A DNA stretch of 46,797 nt, taken from an uncultured bacterium. Its GTDB lineage: Bacteria; Poribacteria; WGA-4E; PCPOR2b. This document shows positions 9,079-17,293 of the stretch, in pieces. The position numbers were made by a program, and so were the translations under genes. The first letter of the stretch is position 1. The number at the start of each line of letters is the position of its first letter. The notes under the pieces were generated by a model. It was not told where the DNA came from, made no database searches, and worked only from the letters and a program-made list of their open reading frames with translations. The stretch lies in NCBI GenBank assembly GCA_964577695.1, contig CAZOAL010000060.1, forward strand, positions 1 to 46,797. The letters run 5' to 3'.

Positions 9079-9444
9079 ATGACAGACGAAAAAAGCAGAA
9101 TGCCCGAACTCATCAAGCAACTGAAGGATGAGAATCAGTACATCCGTCGCGATGCTGCGAGTTGGCTCGGAAAAATCGGGGCGGATACGAGTCTCGCCGT
9201 CCCGGCGCTGATTGAAACCTTAGGCGATAAAAATGGAGAAGTTCGCTACTATGCGGCACGGGCGCTGGGTCAAATCGGTGCCCCTTCAGCACTGCGTCCT
9301 TTGGCAAAGCGGCTGTGGGATAAAGCCGCGTATGTTCGCGAAGCTGCTGCTGAAGCGTTAAAACAGATCGATACACCAGAAGCTGAACAGATGCTCCACA
9401 AGCCGCTGAGAAAGTTCTTAAAATTTATACTCAGGAGGAATTAG
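9079..9444 (+). CDS. HEAT-repeat (PBS lyase-like) protein
   Basis: Repeats IRRDAASWLGKIG, GEVRYYAARALGQIG, AYVREAAAEALKQI. RBS GGAGGTG before the ATG at 9079. Confidence 0.7.
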   Translation: MTDEKSRMPELIKQLKDENQYIRRDAASWLGKIGADTSLAVPALIETLGDKNGEVRYYAARALGQIGAPSALRPLAKRLWDKAAYVREAAAEALKQIDTPEAEQMLHKPLRKFLKFILRRN

Positions 9445-9508
9445 CCTCCAAACCACGACTGAAATCGGGGCTGACATTTTCTTTCCATAACTTGCCCTTA
9501 TTTTCACC

Positions 9509-9536
9509 TTGACTTGCTTCAGAATCGTGATATAAT
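9509..9536 (+). promoter_or_regulatory. Near-consensus sigma-70 promoter TTGACT-N16-TATAAT with extended -10 TG, upstream of nfeD-floA-floA
   Basis: Sequence ttgacttgcttcagaatcgtgatataat read directly. Confidence 0.6.
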
Positions 9537-9608
9537 GATAGTAAACGAAGATGTTAGGTAACTGCGTAAACGTTTTATTTTGACAGCTTACAATGAGAAA
9601 AATGTTCT

Positions 9609-10091
9609 ATGTCATGGCTTTCGATTTGCCTCATCGGTTTGGGTGTCTTACTGTTATTTATTGAAATTGTTTTACTACCGGGCTTTGGCGCGGCAGGCGT
9701 GCCGGGTGTTGTGCTCATCGTGATTGCTATCGGGCTTGTGTGGTCAAAGTCTGGATTAGGGAATGCCTTGATTTATGCTGGCCTTATGATGGCTGTAACG
9801 ATTCCGCTTGCCATTTTAGCCCTCTGGCTGGCCCCGCGGACGAAGTTTGGGAAATCTCTCATTCTGAGTACCACTGAAAGCAGCACTGATGGGTTTCAGG
9901 CTCCCCCACCAGATCTGGCCACCCTGGTTGGCAAATCCGGTCAATCAATTACGCCCTTACGCCCCGCCGGCGCTGCTTTAATCAACGGTCGGCGAGTGGA
10001 TGTTGTCACGCGGGGAGAATTTATTGAAGCCGAAACGGAAGTTGAAGTGATTTTCGTCGAAGGGAATCGTGTCGTCGTTCGTAATCTGTAA
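9609..10091 (+). CDS. nfeD: NfeD-family membrane protein (N-terminal TM helices, C-terminal OB-fold), partner of SPFH/flotillin proteins
   Basis: Hydrophobic N-terminus. C-terminus GKSGQSITPLRPAGAALINGRRVDVVTRGEFIEAETEVEVIFVEGNRVVV. Sits immediately upstream of floA. Confidence 0.75.
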   Translation: MSWLSICLIGLGVLLLFIEIVLLPGFGAAGVPGVVLIVIAIGLVWSKSGLGNALIYAGLMMAVTIPLAILALWLAPRTKFGKSLILSTTESSTDGFQAPPPDLATLVGKSGQSITPLRPAGAALINGRRVDVVTRGEFIEAETEVEVIFVEGNRVVVRNL

Positions 10092-10333
10092 AAGGAAACG
10101 GGATTAGGAAATTCGGCATGTTTCAAATTTCTCTGAAAAATACTTGACACTTTGGAAGGATGGAAGGTTTCGACAGGCTCAACCCAAGGAATGGAAGAAA
10201 AGGAAAGGAGCGCCCATTTTCTTCCATTCCTTCCCCTCCTTCCTTTCTTCCAACGGCAAATTGTGTAAAGAGGTGTCTGAAACATGCCCGGATTTGCTCA
10301 TTTTAATTCCTCGTCTTTAGAAGGAGATTTAAC

Positions 10334-11362
10334 ATGCCCTCAGAAATCCCAGTAAACCTGATCGCAATCATCGCGATTGCGGTACTGATTTTTGTATTGT
10401 TCCTCTTTTGGCTGGTCCCCGTTGGACTTTGGATCTCTGCCCTTGCTGCTGGCGTGCGCGTCCGTATTTTTGCGGATCTGGTAGGGATGCGACTGCGTCG
10501 CGTCAACCCCTCTGTAATTGTAAACGCACAGATTAGCGCGACCAAAGCAGGGCTGAAGTTGAAAATGTCCGACCTGGAAACTCACTACCTTGCGCGTGGG
10601 AATATTAGGCGAGTCGTCAATGCCTTGATTGTCGCCGACAAAGCGAAGATCGATCTCGACTTTCGGCAAGCAACCGCGATTGATCTGGCTGGTCGAGATG
10701 TGTTTGAAGCCGTACAGGTGAGCGTCAATCCTCGGGTAATCACGACGCCTCGAATTAAGGCGGTCTCCATCGATGGGGTTCAACTCATCGCGACGGTCCG
10801 CATCACCGTCAGAGCCAATATTAACCGGCTCGTCGGCGGTGCCGGCGAAGAGACGATTATCGCGCGTGTTGGCGAAGGGATTGTCAGTGCAATTGGTGGC
10901 TCGGAAACTTACGAGGATGTCCTCGAAAACCCCGACATCATCTCCAAAACAGTGTTAGATCGAGGGCTTGATGCGGGAACAGCTTATGAGATTCTTTCGA
11001 TCGATATTGCTGACGTCAACGTTGACAAGAACATCGGTGCCCAACTACAAGCGGCACAGGCTGAAGCCGATCTGGTCGTTGCACAAGCAAAAGCTGAAGA
11101 GCGGCGCGCGATGGCGGTCGCACGGAAGCAGGAGATGACAGCGAAAGTGCAAGAGATGCGTGCGAAAGTTGTTGAGGCTGAAGCCACTGTTCCTCGCGCC
11201 GTTGCGGATGCTTTCCGAGCCGGAAATCTAGGAGCTCGAACCGCTTCAGAATCTGATGATGGATTGACACTCTCGTTAAGGTCTTTACCAATCATCAGAG
11301 TTCAAACCGTTTCAGAATCTGATGGTGAATCAGAGAATGACGATTCCGAGCCGGAAATCTAG
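10334..11362 (+). CDS. floA: Flotillin-like protein FloA (SPFH domain, UPF0365/YqfA family), paralog 1 with a divergent acidic C-terminus
   Basis: [29 protein letters not shown]...[21 protein letters not shown]...[16 protein letters not shown]...[33 protein letters not shown] are hallmark FloA blocks. Confidence 0.9.
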   Translation: MPSEIPVNLIAIIAIAVLIFVLFLFWLVPVGLWISALAAGVRVRIFADLVGMRLRRVNPSVIVNAQISATKAGLKLKMSDLETHYLARGNIRRVVNALIVADKAKIDLDFRQATAIDLAGRDVFEAVQVSVNPRVITTPRIKAVSIDGVQLIATVRITVRANINRLVGGAGEETIIARVGEGIVSAIGGSETYEDVLENPDIISKTVLDRGLDAGTAYEILSIDIADVNVDKNIGAQLQAAQAEADLVVAQAKAEERRAMAVARKQEMTAKVQEMRAKVVEAEATVPRAVADAFRAGNLGARTASESDDGLTLSLRSLPIIRVQTVSESDGESENDDSEPEI

Positions 11363-11384
11363 GCACTCAAACCTAACCTTGATT

Positions 11385-11455
11385 ATTGAAGATTGTCGAT
11401 TGAAGATTGAAGATTTTCAGTCGTTTTCAATCTTCAATTTTCAATTCTCAATTCT
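11385..11455. repeat. Intergenic hairpin/tandem TTCAAT-GAAGATT repeats between the two floA paralogs
   Basis: attgaagattg ... caatcttcaat inverted repeat plus TTCAAT(T) x4, read directly. Confidence 0.45.
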
Positions 11456-11473
11456 TAACGGAGGTTTTATCAA

Positions 11474-12505
11474 ATGAATCCTACAATAATTCCTGCAATT
11501 TTAGCGATTGCTATTCTTGTTTTTTTCATCATGCTAACTTCATTTGTCCCCGTTGGTTTATGGATCACCGCTCGTGCGGCGGGCGTAAAAGTCCGAATTT
11601 TCGCCGATCTCGTCGGGATGCGTTTGCGTCGTGTCCCCCCGAAGGCCATCGTGGAACCACAAATTGCCGCAACAAAAGCCGGACTCAACCTCACGCTCGA
11701 CAATCTTGAAGCGCACTACCTTGCTGGTGGAAACGTGGGGACTGTCGTTTTTGCTCTCATCGCTGCCGATAAAGCGAACATTAAGCTGGACTTCGCTCGT
11801 GCCGCCGCCATCGATCTCGCTGGACGAGACGTGTTGAAGGCAGTACAGATGAGCGTCAATCCCCAGATTATTGATGTCCCTCCCAAGGAGGAGGCGAGAG
11901 CCGGCGGTATTGCTGCCGTTGCGCGTGATGGCATCCAGCTCCTTGTGAAAGCAAGAGTGACCGTAAGAGCCAATATCGATCGACTGGTTGGTGGCGCGGG
12001 AGAAGCGACAGTCATCGCCAGAGTCGGTCAAGGTATTATCACAACGATTGGCTCTGCGGCAAGCCATAAAGAAGTTTTGGAAAATCCGGCGCGAATCTCA
12101 AAGACGGTGCTCGACAAAGGCCTGGCAGCCGGCACTGCCTTCGAGATCTTGTCCATCGATATTGCTGACATCGACATCGGCGAAAACGTCGGGGCAAAGC
12201 TGCAAACAGATCAGGCGCAGGCCGAGCTGAAAATCGCTCGTGCCAAAGCCGAAGAAAGACGGGCCATGGCGCAGGCGCAGGAAGAAGAGATGAAAGCCCT
12301 TGTCGAAGAAATGACCATCAATCTCATTGAGGCCGAAAAGGAGATCCCGCTGGGTATTGCGGATGCGCTCGCGTCGGGCAGGATGAGCGTAATGGATTAT
12401 TACAATCTACGCAATGTCATCGCGGATACGGAAATGCGCCAATCTATTGCCAAACCCGCTGGTGCTGACACAACGCGCTCTACCGATTCATTAGGGGTTT
12501 TATAA
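11474..12505 (+). CDS. floA: Flotillin-like protein FloA, paralog 2 (full-length, conserved C-terminus)
   Basis: Same FloA blocks as paralog 1. Retains the C-terminal [24 protein letters not shown]. Confidence 0.9.
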   Translation: MNPTIIPAILAIAILVFFIMLTSFVPVGLWITARAAGVKVRIFADLVGMRLRRVPPKAIVEPQIAATKAGLNLTLDNLEAHYLAGGNVGTVVFALIAADKANIKLDFARAAAIDLAGRDVLKAVQMSVNPQIIDVPPKEEARAGGIAAVARDGIQLLVKARVTVRANIDRLVGGAGEATVIARVGQGIITTIGSAASHKEVLENPARISKTVLDKGLAAGTAFEILSIDIADIDIGENVGAKLQTDQAQAELKIARAKAEERRAMAQAQEEEMKALVEEMTINLIEAEKEIPLGIADALASGRMSVMDYYNLRNVIADTEMRQSIAKPAGADTTRSTDSLGVL

Positions 12506-12509
12506 GAAA

Positions 12510-12740
12510 GATACAGGATACAGGATACATTGAATTCTGAGCCCTCTATCCATTGAAGATGCAAGATTCAGGTCGAAGAGTCTCGCATAGCGGACATTCA
12601 AGATACAAAAGCGTCATTGATGCTCTTTCGCAGTATCAGTCGTCCGCAACCTTCCGAAGGTTTTATTCGATCATGATTGCGGAGTACTGAGTATACATTA
12701 GATTCTGAATCCTGTATCCTGAATCCTGTATCCTCGTATC
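12510..12740. repeat. Pair of imperfect inverted repeats rich in CAGGATA heptads (12510-12541 and 12694-12740) flanking the floA terminator region
   Basis: gatacaggatacaggatacattgaattctgag versus tacattagattctgaatcctgtatcctgaatcctgtatcc. Confidence 0.5.
12646..12668 (+). terminator. Rho-independent terminator (AACCTTCCGAAGGTT stem + TTTTATT)
   Basis: Perfect 7-bp stem followed by a T-run, 140 nt after the floA2 stop. Confidence 0.6.
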
Positions 12741-12804
12741 ACGCCTCATATAAAACAAGGTTCAACATACACGCATTCAATATCCTCCCCGAAAGGAAAG
12801 TATC

Positions 12805-13263
12805 ATGGAAGATCTCATTCGACTCATCCCTTTGATTATCATCGCGTTATTTTGGGTACTGGGCAGGGCGCGGAAACTGAGGCAACAACAATCCGATCCG
12901 GAGGTAATGCAGGAGCGTGAACCAGAAATAACCCTGCCGCCCTGGGGTAACCTACCAATGGAGGAGGGAAAACCTCCTCGTCAACAGGGTGCTCCTGACA
13001 TGTTCCAAATTGAATCCGAACCTTTTCCTGCGTCGCCCCCCGCTGTTCCCACGATATATCCAACGACGCCTCCGCCAATGCCCCATAGGGTCCGGGCAAT
13101 GCGGGACACGGAACCCCCGACAAGCAAAAGCGGATCGGATTCGCCTACCCCCAAGGTGCCTACAATCTCAGGAATTCCTTTGTCACCTCAGACGTTTCGT
13201 CAAGGGATCATTCTTTCTGAGATTCTCGGACGGCCCAAATCGCTCCGAAGACGTGGAACGTGA
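12805..13263 (+). CDS. Hypothetical membrane-anchored proline-rich protein
   Basis: N-terminal TM helix LIPLIIIALFWVLG, then a P/T-rich low-complexity region. No domain recognised. Confidence 0.45.
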   Translation: MEDLIRLIPLIIIALFWVLGRARKLRQQQSDPEVMQEREPEITLPPWGNLPMEEGKPPRQQGAPDMFQIESEPFPASPPAVPTIYPTTPPPMPHRVRAMRDTEPPTSKSGSDSPTPKVPTISGIPLSPQTFRQGIILSEILGRPKSLRRRGT

Positions 13264-13288
13264 GAGGTCATGGGTCATGATTTAAGAG

Positions 13289-13332
13289 TGCCTAAAGTGT
13301 AGCTAAAGTGTGCTAAAGTGTACTAAAGTTTG
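13289..13332. repeat. Tandem ~10-bp repeat (CTAAAGTGT) x4
   Basis: cctaaagtgtagctaaagtgtgctaaagtgtactaaagtttgctg, located between convergent genes. Confidence 0.6.
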
Positions 13333-13352
13333 CTGACCCCTTTGTCGCGAGT

Positions 13353-13655
13353 TTATGGACGGCTCTCTGAAGATTTCTGCCTATGCTTCTTGCGGTTTGA
13401 TGTCTCTTCACTCAAATCCTGGCGTACTGGCAACAGTAAAACGGGCTCACCTTCCAGTACACACTGTTTGGCTAAAACCAGATTTTCTTCAAGAAGCCAT
13501 TTATCATACAGCGGGAGATGAATGACATAGGCACCGTTCGGAATGCTATCGACCTTTTCAGGGTGTTTCAAAATCTCCTGTAAATGGTGATGGATGAGAT
13601 CAAGGTTTTTTTCGGCGCGTATGTTTTTTTTGATATTTATTTTTCTCACTTTCAT
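13353..13655 (-). CDS. Hypothetical protein (100 aa), downstream member of an overlapping two-gene minus-strand pair
   Basis: ORF only. Overlaps the upstream gene by 56 nt in another frame. Confidence 0.35.
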   Translation of the reverse strand: MKVRKINIKKNIRAEKNLDLIHHHLQEILKHPEKVDSIPNGAYVIHLPLYDKWLLEENLVLAKQCVLEGEPVLLLPVRQDLSEETSNRKKHRQKSSESRP

Positions 13656-13947
13656 AATTCTCCTTGTAACGGTGATAATTCCCTTTAATATCTGCGATGG
13701 CTCGATTTAACACTTCGCTCGGCGTCTCGTGATAAAACCACTCTTTGTCTTGCGCTCCATCAGGGTGGAGTGTATCCTTATGAGGTGTTCCATGAGCACA
13801 ATTATATCGGACAATTACTTGCCAACGATCTTGGATGAAGGATTCTAGCTGAACAACAAAATCAATCACCTGACCGCGTTCAGTTTGAATTTGGGTTCTC
13901 AGACGATGTTCTGCGTCAAATTGATTCAGGTATTCTTTGGTCATCAT
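13600..13947 (-). CDS. Hypothetical protein (115 aa, His-rich core ...RYNCAHGTPHKDTLHPDG...)
   Basis: ORF only. Possibly a small toxin-antitoxin-like pair with 13353-13655; this is speculative. Confidence 0.35.
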   Translation of the reverse strand: MMTKEYLNQFDAEHRLRTQIQTERGQVIDFVVQLESFIQDRWQVIVRYNCAHGTPHKDTLHPDGAQDKEWFYHETPSEVLNRAIADIKGNYHRYKENYESEKNKYQKKHTRRKKP

Positions 13948-14180
13948 AATACCTTGCGCTGTTGGAGAGGTTATGTTATAGTAGATGATAACATTGAAGC
14001 CAAGCCGGTGTCAACACGAAATCGAAAACTGATTATTGCCTCAATCCAACCCTTGCGAAGGTTTAAAACCTTCGCAAGGTTGCTTCACCCTTTGCAAGTC
14101 AAGAACCATCCGATGGATGGTTCCCCACAACCGAGTGCGCAGGCCACTGCGGAACTTACCACTCACTCAAGGAGGTAACA

Positions 14181-16115
14181 ATGTACCACCCATTCTTTCA
14201 CCCATTGCTTCACCAGATTCTTTCGTTGCTCAAACGCAGGCGACTGCCCCTTGGGGGGCTGATGCGCCTTGCGGTCTGCTGTGTTATCCTGTGTGTGACC
14301 CAGGGGGTGGCCCACGCCCAGTTCACGCTCACGCAGACGTTCCTGAACCCGATGCCGGTAGTCAATGACTGGTTCGGCAACTCGGTCGCGGTCGATGGCA
14401 ACTGGATCCTCGTCGGGGCACCCTTAGACGGCACGACGGGGGCCGCCTACCTGTTTGACGCCACCACGGGGGCGCTGGTGCACACCTTCACCGATCCGAC
14501 ACCGGCCAGCAATGGCTACTTCGGCGGCTCGGTCGCGGTCGATGGCAACTGGGTCCTCGTCGGAGCAGAGCGCGACAACAGGAGGGTACCTGACGCGGGG
14601 GCCGCCTACCTGTTTGACGCCACCACGGGGGCGCTGTTGCACACCTTCACCAACCCGACACCAGCTCCGTATGACTCCTTCGGCTACTCGGTCTCGGTCG
14701 ATGGTGACCATGTCCTCGTCGGGGCAAACGGGGACAACACGGGGGCACCTGAGGCGGGGGCCGCTTACCTGTTTGACGCCACCACGGGGGCGCTGGTGCA
14801 CACCTTCACCAACCCAACACCGGCCGCTAGTGACAACTTCAGTATCTCGGTCTCGGTCGATGGTGATCATGTCCTCGTCGGGGCAGACCTCGACGACACG
14901 GGGGCACCTAACGCAGGGGCAGCGTACCTCTTCGACGCCACAACAGGGGTGCTGTTGCACACCTTCACCAACCCAACACCGGCCCAGGATGACGTATTCG
15001 GCTTCTCGGTCTCGGTCGATGGCGACCGTGTCCTCGTCGGGGCAGACCTCGACGACACGGGGGCACCTGACGCGGGGGTCGCCTACTTCTTTGACGCCAC
15101 CACGGGGGCGCTGGTGCACACCTTCACCAACCCGACATCGGCAGGCGGTGACCAGTTCGGCTACTCGGTCTCGGTCGATGGCGACCATGTCCTCGTCGGG
15201 GCAGACCTCGACGACACGGGGGCACCTGACGCGGGGGCAGTCTACCTCTTTGACGCCACCACGGGGGCGCTGGTGCACACCTTCATCAACCCGACACTGG
15301 CCGGCTTTGACGCCTTCGGCTACTCGGTCTCGGTCGATGGCGACCATGTCCTCGTCGGGGCACCCTTTGACGACACGGGAGCACCAGCCGCGGGGGCAGC
15401 CTACCTCTTTGGACCATCCCCCTTCACACTCGATTTGCGCTTGAACAAAGAACCGCCCGTTTATCAGAAAGGGGATCGCATGCTTGTGACGGCGCACCTC
15501 TTCAACCCCGGTCCGACGCAGACGGTACGGTATCTGCAGCAACTGTTCCTGCCAAATGGGAGCGAGTTTCTGCGTACCAGAATCGACCAAACGGTGTCCT
15601 TGACTTCGGGGGAGGATGTGGTAGACACGACCTTCAATCGGCACTTGCCCGCTATCCCCGCCGGGGACTACAGGTGGCGGGCGCGATTGCTGGACCCGGA
15701 GACTTCTCAGGTGTGGGTAGAAGACACCGCATCGTGGGAGTTTGTGGGGACAGGGGGCAGCCGGGCGAACCTGGCGCAACTGGTGGGCGGCTTAGACTTG
15801 TCCGCCTCCCCAGCGCGTCCGGTGGCAACGCAGTTACGCGCCCCTTATCCCAATCCCTTCAACCCGGAGACCTGGATACCGTATCACCTGGCGGAACGGG
15901 CGCACGTCCGAATCTTCATTTACGATCTGACCGGCAAGTTGGTCAGAACCCTTGAGCTCGGGGAAAGAGCGCCTGGGTCTTATCTTGACCCCAGCCGGGC
16001 GGCGCACTGGGACGGTCGTAATGACGCCGGCGAGCCAGTCGCCAGCGGGGTCTATTTCGTCCAGTTCCACGCCGGGGACTTCCGTGCCAGCCGCAAGATG
16101 ATACTGGAGAAGTAA
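14181..16115 (+). CDS. Secreted FG-GAP repeat (integrin-alpha-like beta-propeller, ~8 blades) protein with a C-terminal T9SS/FlgD-Ig-like sorting domain
   Basis: Eight ~54-aa repeats FGYSVSVDGDHVLVGADLDDTGAPDAGAAYLFDATTGALVHTFTNPTPA. Signal peptide MRLAVCCVILCVTQGVAHA. C-terminus PYPNPFNPETWIPYHL...IYDLTGKLVRTL...GVYFVQFHAGDFRASRKMILEK. Confidence 0.85.
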   Translation: MYHPFFHPLLHQILSLLKRRRLPLGGLMRLAVCCVILCVTQGVAHAQFTLTQTFLNPMPVVNDWFGNSVAVDGNWILVGAPLDGTTGAAYLFDATTGALVHTFTDPTPASNGYFGGSVAVDGNWVLVGAERDNRRVPDAGAAYLFDATTGALLHTFTNPTPAPYDSFGYSVSVDGDHVLVGANGDNTGAPEAGAAYLFDATTGALVHTFTNPTPAASDNFSISVSVDGDHVLVGADLDDTGAPNAGAAYLFDATTGVLLHTFTNPTPAQDDVFGFSVSVDGDRVLVGADLDDTGAPDAGVAYFFDATTGALVHTFTNPTSAGGDQFGYSVSVDGDHVLVGADLDDTGAPDAGAVYLFDATTGALVHTFINPTLAGFDAFGYSVSVDGDHVLVGAPFDDTGAPAAGAAYLFGPSPFTLDLRLNKEPPVYQKGDRMLVTAHLFNPGPTQTVRYLQQLFLPNGSEFLRTRIDQTVSLTSGEDVVDTTFNRHLPAIPAGDYRWRARLLDPETSQVWVEDTASWEFVGTGGSRANLAQLVGGLDLSASPARPVATQLRAPYPNPFNPETWIPYHLAERAHVRIFIYDLTGKLVRTLELGERAPGSYLDPSRAAHWDGRNDAGEPVASGVYFVQFHAGDFRASRKMILEK

Positions 16116-16132
16116 GGCGGTGTGATACCTGA

Positions 16133-16201
16133 GAACACGGATTTATAGGATTACACAGATTAGGCAAAGGTCAATCTGTGCAATCCTACTGATCCGTGTT
16201 C
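16133..16201. terminator. Long imperfect inverted-repeat hairpin (29-bp arms) after the FG-GAP gene, terminator-like without a T-run
   Basis: gaacacggatttataggattacacagatt ... aatctgtgcaatcctactgatccgtgttc. Confidence 0.4.
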
Positions 16202-16310
16202 TTAACATTTCACCCTGTTACCGTTTCAAACCGAGATTCTGTATCGACGATTTTGAGAACAACGTGCTATCATTTATCGCACTGGTAAAGAATCCATAAA
16301 GGTAAAAAAG

Positions 16311-16811
16311 ATGTATTCACCGGATTTGCTTGGGTCCTTTGAAAAAATTTCCAGCGAACGGTACAGTTTCTTGTTAAAACTTGCACAAGAAGGGCTGTTT
16401 CCTGCCTCAGAACTGGAAGGCATTGTCGAAGCGGTGACGATCCAACGTTACAAACTCGCGTTCAGCTTTCATGAATCGGCACAAGCAATACCGCTCAATT
16501 CAGAGATTAACGCTCGCAACGTGATTTCGCGCAATTATTACGCGATGTTCCAGGCGGCACGGACTGTCATCTTCCATGTTCACCGTGAAGATCTGGAGGG
16601 TCATGAAGCGGTGGCTACGAAAATTGGTCCCATATTGGGAACAAATTTTCAGAACTCGCTCAATAAGTGGCGCAATTATCGCAATAAGGCAGATTACTCT
16701 CCCTTTCCACCAATCGATCTGTTTAAGGAAGCAAACCAATCACATCAGGAAGTTTTAGTGTTTATAGCCGAATGTAAAACCCTTTTACAAAAGAGAGGTG
16801 TTCCCTTATGA
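16311..16811 (+). CDS. HEPN-like domain protein (candidate; Rx5H motif REDLEGH and C-terminal ...Y..ADYSP resembling the HEPN PF05168 end)
   Basis: RNYYAMFQAARTVIFHVHREDLEGHEAV ... LNKWRNYRNKADYSP. Assignment is by motif only. Confidence 0.4.
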   Translation: MYSPDLLGSFEKISSERYSFLLKLAQEGLFPASELEGIVEAVTIQRYKLAFSFHESAQAIPLNSEINARNVISRNYYAMFQAARTVIFHVHREDLEGHEAVATKIGPILGTNFQNSLNKWRNYRNKADYSPFPPIDLFKEANQSHQEVLVFIAECKTLLQKRGVPL

Positions 16812-17113
16812 GATTCTCTGACATCCCGATCCGTGGTTTCCGAATCGAGGTGGATCACTGGGCACTTGGGCAGTTTGTTCTCGAACGCTTCCAGGAAAAA
16901 TTTGGCCTGGAACAGATCCTTAACGTAGACTCCCAAAAGTATCCGGGGGAATACAATGTTGTCGTTCTCGTCAAGGAGGAAACCCCAGAGATTCGGGATT
17001 TTTCCCTTGCATTGATAGATGAAATCCAGGAAAAAGGGGTCAACGCGATTATCATAGCACTCCCCGCAGATCAATATGGACGTTCAAAGCCTGGGGGTAA
17101 GTTGTCGCCGTGA
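16808..17113 (+). CDS. Hypothetical protein translationally coupled (ATGA overlap) to the HEPN-like gene
   Basis: Start ATG overlaps the upstream TGA stop (cttATGAgattc). No recognised motif. Confidence 0.4.
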   Translation: MRFSDIPIRGFRIEVDHWALGQFVLERFQEKFGLEQILNVDSQKYPGEYNVVVLVKEETPEIRDFSLALIDEIQEKGVNAIIIALPADQYGRSKPGGKLSP

Positions 17114-17293
17114 AGGAGCGCGCGTATTTGTCTGATGGCTGTGCCCCCTCCGCGCCCCCTTCAATGACTTCGATGACACGATTTGCTTGAAGATGGGTGT
17201 ACCGATCGACCCTTCCAGACGGCCAAATCACTTCTAGCGACTTGACCTTTTTGTTTTGTCCTAGCCCGAAAGGGGTTCACAACCCTTCCAACC

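Noticed and set aside
14424-15779. Long antisense and alternative-frame ORFs (451 aa on the minus strand, 329 aa on the plus strand) inside the FG-GAP gene
   Set aside because: They are Arg/Pro/Cys-rich translations of the GC-rich 160-bp tandem repeats. The FG-GAP frame has clear domain logic, a signal peptide and a sorting domain.
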